DNA of 64,000 nucleotides from Diadema antillarum (Eukaryota): contig NW_027271205.1 of the NCBI RefSeq assembly GCF_040938485.1, positions 124,001 to 188,000 on the forward strand, in the 5' to 3' direction. The notes below the pieces were generated by a model. That model did not search any database, had not been told where the DNA came from, and was given only the letters and a program-made list of their open reading frames with translations. This document shows, piece after piece, positions 60,107 through 64,000 of the stretch; the stretch's first letter is position 1; every line of letters begins with the position of its first letter. A program made the position numbers and the translations under genes.

Positions 60107-62402
60107 TAATGCTTTATTTGCACATCTAAATGGATAAAGAACTTATCAAAAAAGGTGATGGCAGCATTGCCTAATATACATTGTAGTCTGCATTTGTACT
60201 ATTACGCAAGTGTCCGCATGACTGACAGAGCTTATAATACTATTTTGAGTGAGGGTGTGAACATTTCGAAACAAGGATGTGCATTTCTCTTTACAATGAT
60301 CTCAATTTGGGACACAAAGTTCTACCATGTTGAAATTTAAGGGCTACTACATGTATGCCTCAATAACACAGCTGAGGTCAACTTAAACATGGAGTAGAAT
60401 TTCACTTTTTTTTTTAACACACATACTGGAAAGGAAATTTGATATGAAAGCACATAGATAGGTTTTCACAAATAGATAGTTTCCACAGAACTAACACAGA
60501 TTTCTTCAGAAGTCTTCTGCATATTTTGCACGTACAAACATGTACAAGCAGTAGTGTAATTTGTGTGTTGTAAGATTACGAAAGAGAAACCGATGCTCTT
60601 TATCAAACTTTAATGCACATCACACAAATTCCCCATCCAGTGTTAAGTCTATACAGACTAAATATACTGACTGACACTGGACAAACAAGTAAGTGCAGTA
60701 CAACACATGAACCAGGATATGTTGACAAACGAACAACAACCAGACATGTGACTATCAAAGGACACTGGAGGCATAAAAACCGCCAATATCATGATGTCAA
60801 CACGCACATCCACTGATAACAAAATTTGCATTAACCACTGTACTGTTTGCTGTAGCTGTGACTATAATGCTTAAAAGAAGATGCTTTTGTACTGGATCAA
60901 TGGCTATGAAAAAGTTGATAGCTGTGACACGTCTGTAGAACAATTTGTACTTGAACAGAAAAGGGTAACTTTTAAGTCAGATTTTATCATACATCTTTAC
61001 GTGTCAACATCCACTGATGATATTTTGTGTGATAAACCCATACCATGTACTGTAGTTTGTAGCAGCTGTGAGTACATGGATGATTGGAAAAAGCTGCTTT
61101 TGTTCTGGATGAAATCCTATGCAGTACATGTAGCTCTGACACACTGCTCAATTGTAGAATAATTTGCATGTGACTAGAAAAGGGTACATTTCAACAACTT
61201 TAAATTGATGCCATAATACTACAAATCTCCCTTCCTCCACCTCTCCCCCTCCCCCCCCCCAAAAAAAAAAAAAAAAATTCTAGCAGTCATTAATATCTTT
61301 TGTACAACATATAAAGATTGTGTTGTCAATTTTCTAAACTTATCATAGAATTGTCTGTAAACACAGCAATAGCATTTTGATTTCTAAATCACAGACCTAT
61401 CAAATTCACAATAATTTCTGTAAATACAGTGTATGTAGCTCTGTCATACCACTCGCAAGATGATGACTTTTCATTGCAGTTAAAAAGTAAGTTAATGATT
61501 ATCAGGATCTGCTCCTGACCTTCTGAAGGTGTACCCTAGGATCAAACAAGTACTGTACCTTACCTTTCCACAGCTTTTTTTTTTACCCGACATGTAAAGG
61601 TATGGCTGATGACATTTAGACCAGGTAACTACAATGTACATTGTACTACATGCATTATACCTACACGTGTACCCAGTTCCCCGTCACAAACTGCAATTTA
61701 CTTTGCAAATTTGGACTTGCACAAAAATTTGGATGTCGTTTAATCTGTGATTGAGAGCTGCAGTGAATGACTGAAAAAGTAAGTGCTATGTGTGTATTAC
61801 AAAGATAGCAGATCGATACCTTTTTCTAGAAGCAAATTACTGATTTATCACCTCAAAGATGATATGTTTGTGTGATAAGGAGCAGTATTTTAATGGCGGT
61901 TAATTTTGTGAACATCGGTCGCCTCGAAAATTTGTGGAAATTACACCGCCGTGAAACATATGGTGTTTACAGCATTTCGTATGTGGCTACTCCGCATGCA
62001 GGATTACAGAACACGTCCCTCGATACATTCTCTAGCTATTGCGATGACAAATGAATAATTCACACATGATGGATGAATGAATGGAGTGAGGAGCTAGCAA
62101 CAAAATGCTGCCAACTCCACCACCTGACAGAGGGATAAAAGACAAATGCACTGATTATAATTTATGTGCTTCATTCTCGAAACAGACTCACTGTGTTTAT
62201 ACAACAATGGTTGTACACAGGCACTGCAGACTTTTAATTTGTGCAAAGTATGCAATAACACATTCACAAAACACAAAAACTAAAAACAAAGACAAAGTTC
62301 TGAAATATTTGCAAGGCACTTCTTGAACAGTAACTATGAATAGGCAAATGAGTGAGATGATGATGATGATGATGGGCAATGAAGAAGAAGACAAAAAAGA
62401 CA

Positions 62403-62449
62403 AAGAAGAAGAAGAAGAAGAAGAAGAAGAAGAAGAAGAAGAAGAAGAA
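62403..62449. repeat. (GAA)n microsatellite
   Basis: Direct reading. Confidence 0.95.
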
Positions 62450-63575
62450 AAGTGCTGACTCTGCTCTACCAAGAGGGTCCACCCTAGCTTGATGCTGCCA
62501 TCACCTACCTGTAACAACTTGCCATTAACACAATGCAGTTTGTACACAAGATTTTGGAATTTCCTGTTTTATGTCTGAACGTAAAATACCTTTGTAAATG
62601 TGATGCCTCAGTCTATCATGATTTACACTGTCATGCCAAAAAAGATTCATTTTCTTCAGCATTTTTTTTAATTTTTATTAGTAGTACATACAGTGTACAT
62701 CATGATATGCAGCAACATGTATTGAATTTACTGTACATGTAACATGTATGTGGATGACATATGGTTGCTTGAGACTACACATTTTGCCTCCATTAAATGC
62801 ACAGTGGGTATTGTGCTATTTCAGGTAATTATGATACACATTTTCCAGTCATTCTATGAACTACAGTTGTACACTGTATGACGTCATAAGAAAGAACACT
62901 GCATTCAATACATCCTATGTCTGAAGTTAAGTGGAATCTCTATTAGAATTTGTAGAAACCATTGGTTAGGAGAGTAGTACATGCTTTTATCACCAGGGCA
63001 GTGATGCAACATTCAAGTACTGTATAACTTAGATCAATCTACAATGTATGTTTCAAGTTACTGTTAACCGTGGACACTGATACACTGTATTCTATGGTAT
63101 TTAACCTGAGATAAATGATATACACCATAAAGTCATTCTCTATCACAGCTTCAGTGAACTTGTCTGCTTGCACTCAGAATGCTGCTGAAACAAATTATTA
63201 ATACAAATTCGTCAAGAATCTGTCATGAAATGTTCTTCATTTTAATGATAACAACAACAACACCTTTAAGAATGGCAAATTCTAAAGACGAACAGACTTT
63301 GTTCCAAAGTTTCCACTCAGCTGACACTGATATCCCAGACGCGTGTACTTAGTTTACTATATAACTGCCCGAGACATTTCACTGCTTGGGCAGTAATGAC
63401 TTGCTAGAAGCAAAGTCTGTGTATTTTTGTCTTCTAGATTCTCTCCGATGCAACATACACGTGTCCTCATTACTTGACATTTCACATCTGACAGAGCCTC
63501 TGTGAATAACGTGCCACTTTCATGACGCAAGAAACACGTTAACTTTCGGTACCCGAAGAGCACTCCCGCCCCCCC

Positions 63576-63617
<42 letters not shown>

Positions 63618-64000
63618 ACGAAACCCAAGAGCTCACCAGAGGCTTCTTTCACCTATGCATATCTCCCTGACATTTAGTATTGGCGCTAGACATTAGATGG
63701 ACCCCATACACTGCTAGCGCCTCACAAATGGCATCTCATTCAAAAGAGGGCTTGTTGATCACTAGTGCAAGCAACAAATGGGCTTGCCACACAAAGGACT
63801 TTTATACTGTGATGGTAATGAGCGCTAGTACCTTCTGCCATGAGCAGTGGGCAACTGACTTTGGGGTTTCCCGTATGGCAGTATCAGTGACGTTCCTTTT
63901 GCAGTAAGTCCTCTAGGTACAAAATTTGGTGCCCGACGCATGCAAAGTCAAGCTACAAGTACACACGGAGCCAGCAAAAATGCATTATACATGTTTATAG

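Overview
AT-rich, intron-containing, transposon-dense animal DNA. The repeat style suggests an invertebrate deuterostome such as a sea urchin, but this is inference only. Two convergent protein-coding genes are partly present. On the + strand are the last three coding exons of Mediator subunit 8 (MED8; 3268-3349, 4503-4661, 5755-5831). On the - strand are 11 coding exons of the arginine methyltransferase CARM1/PRMT4 (49554 down to the stop at 33027). All splice phases join up and the catalytic motifs are intact; I could not find the exons for the N-terminal PH-like domain. The ~27 kb between the genes and the introns hold decayed or non-autonomous elements: Helentron/DINE-1-like (HINE) elements with ~160-bp internal arrays, piggyBac-, Kolobok/T2-, Tc1- and Harbinger-type MITEs, a Gypsy-like LTR relic containing a Myb/SANT-like ORF relic, a CMC/EnSpm relic, a BEL/Pao pol relic, a tRNA-derived SINE, a three-module foldback element, and a CR1-type RT fragment nested in a Harbinger-like element. 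Two N-gaps lie in CARM1 introns. I see no convincing wholly new protein system. The best leads are TE-borne arrays of transcription-factor motifs (7 perfect RFX X-boxes; many DR1 nuclear-receptor sites), the chimeric LTR/Myb relic, the foldback concatemer and a possible tail-less CARM1 isoform. All identifications are by manual reading and remembered sequences; no database search was run.
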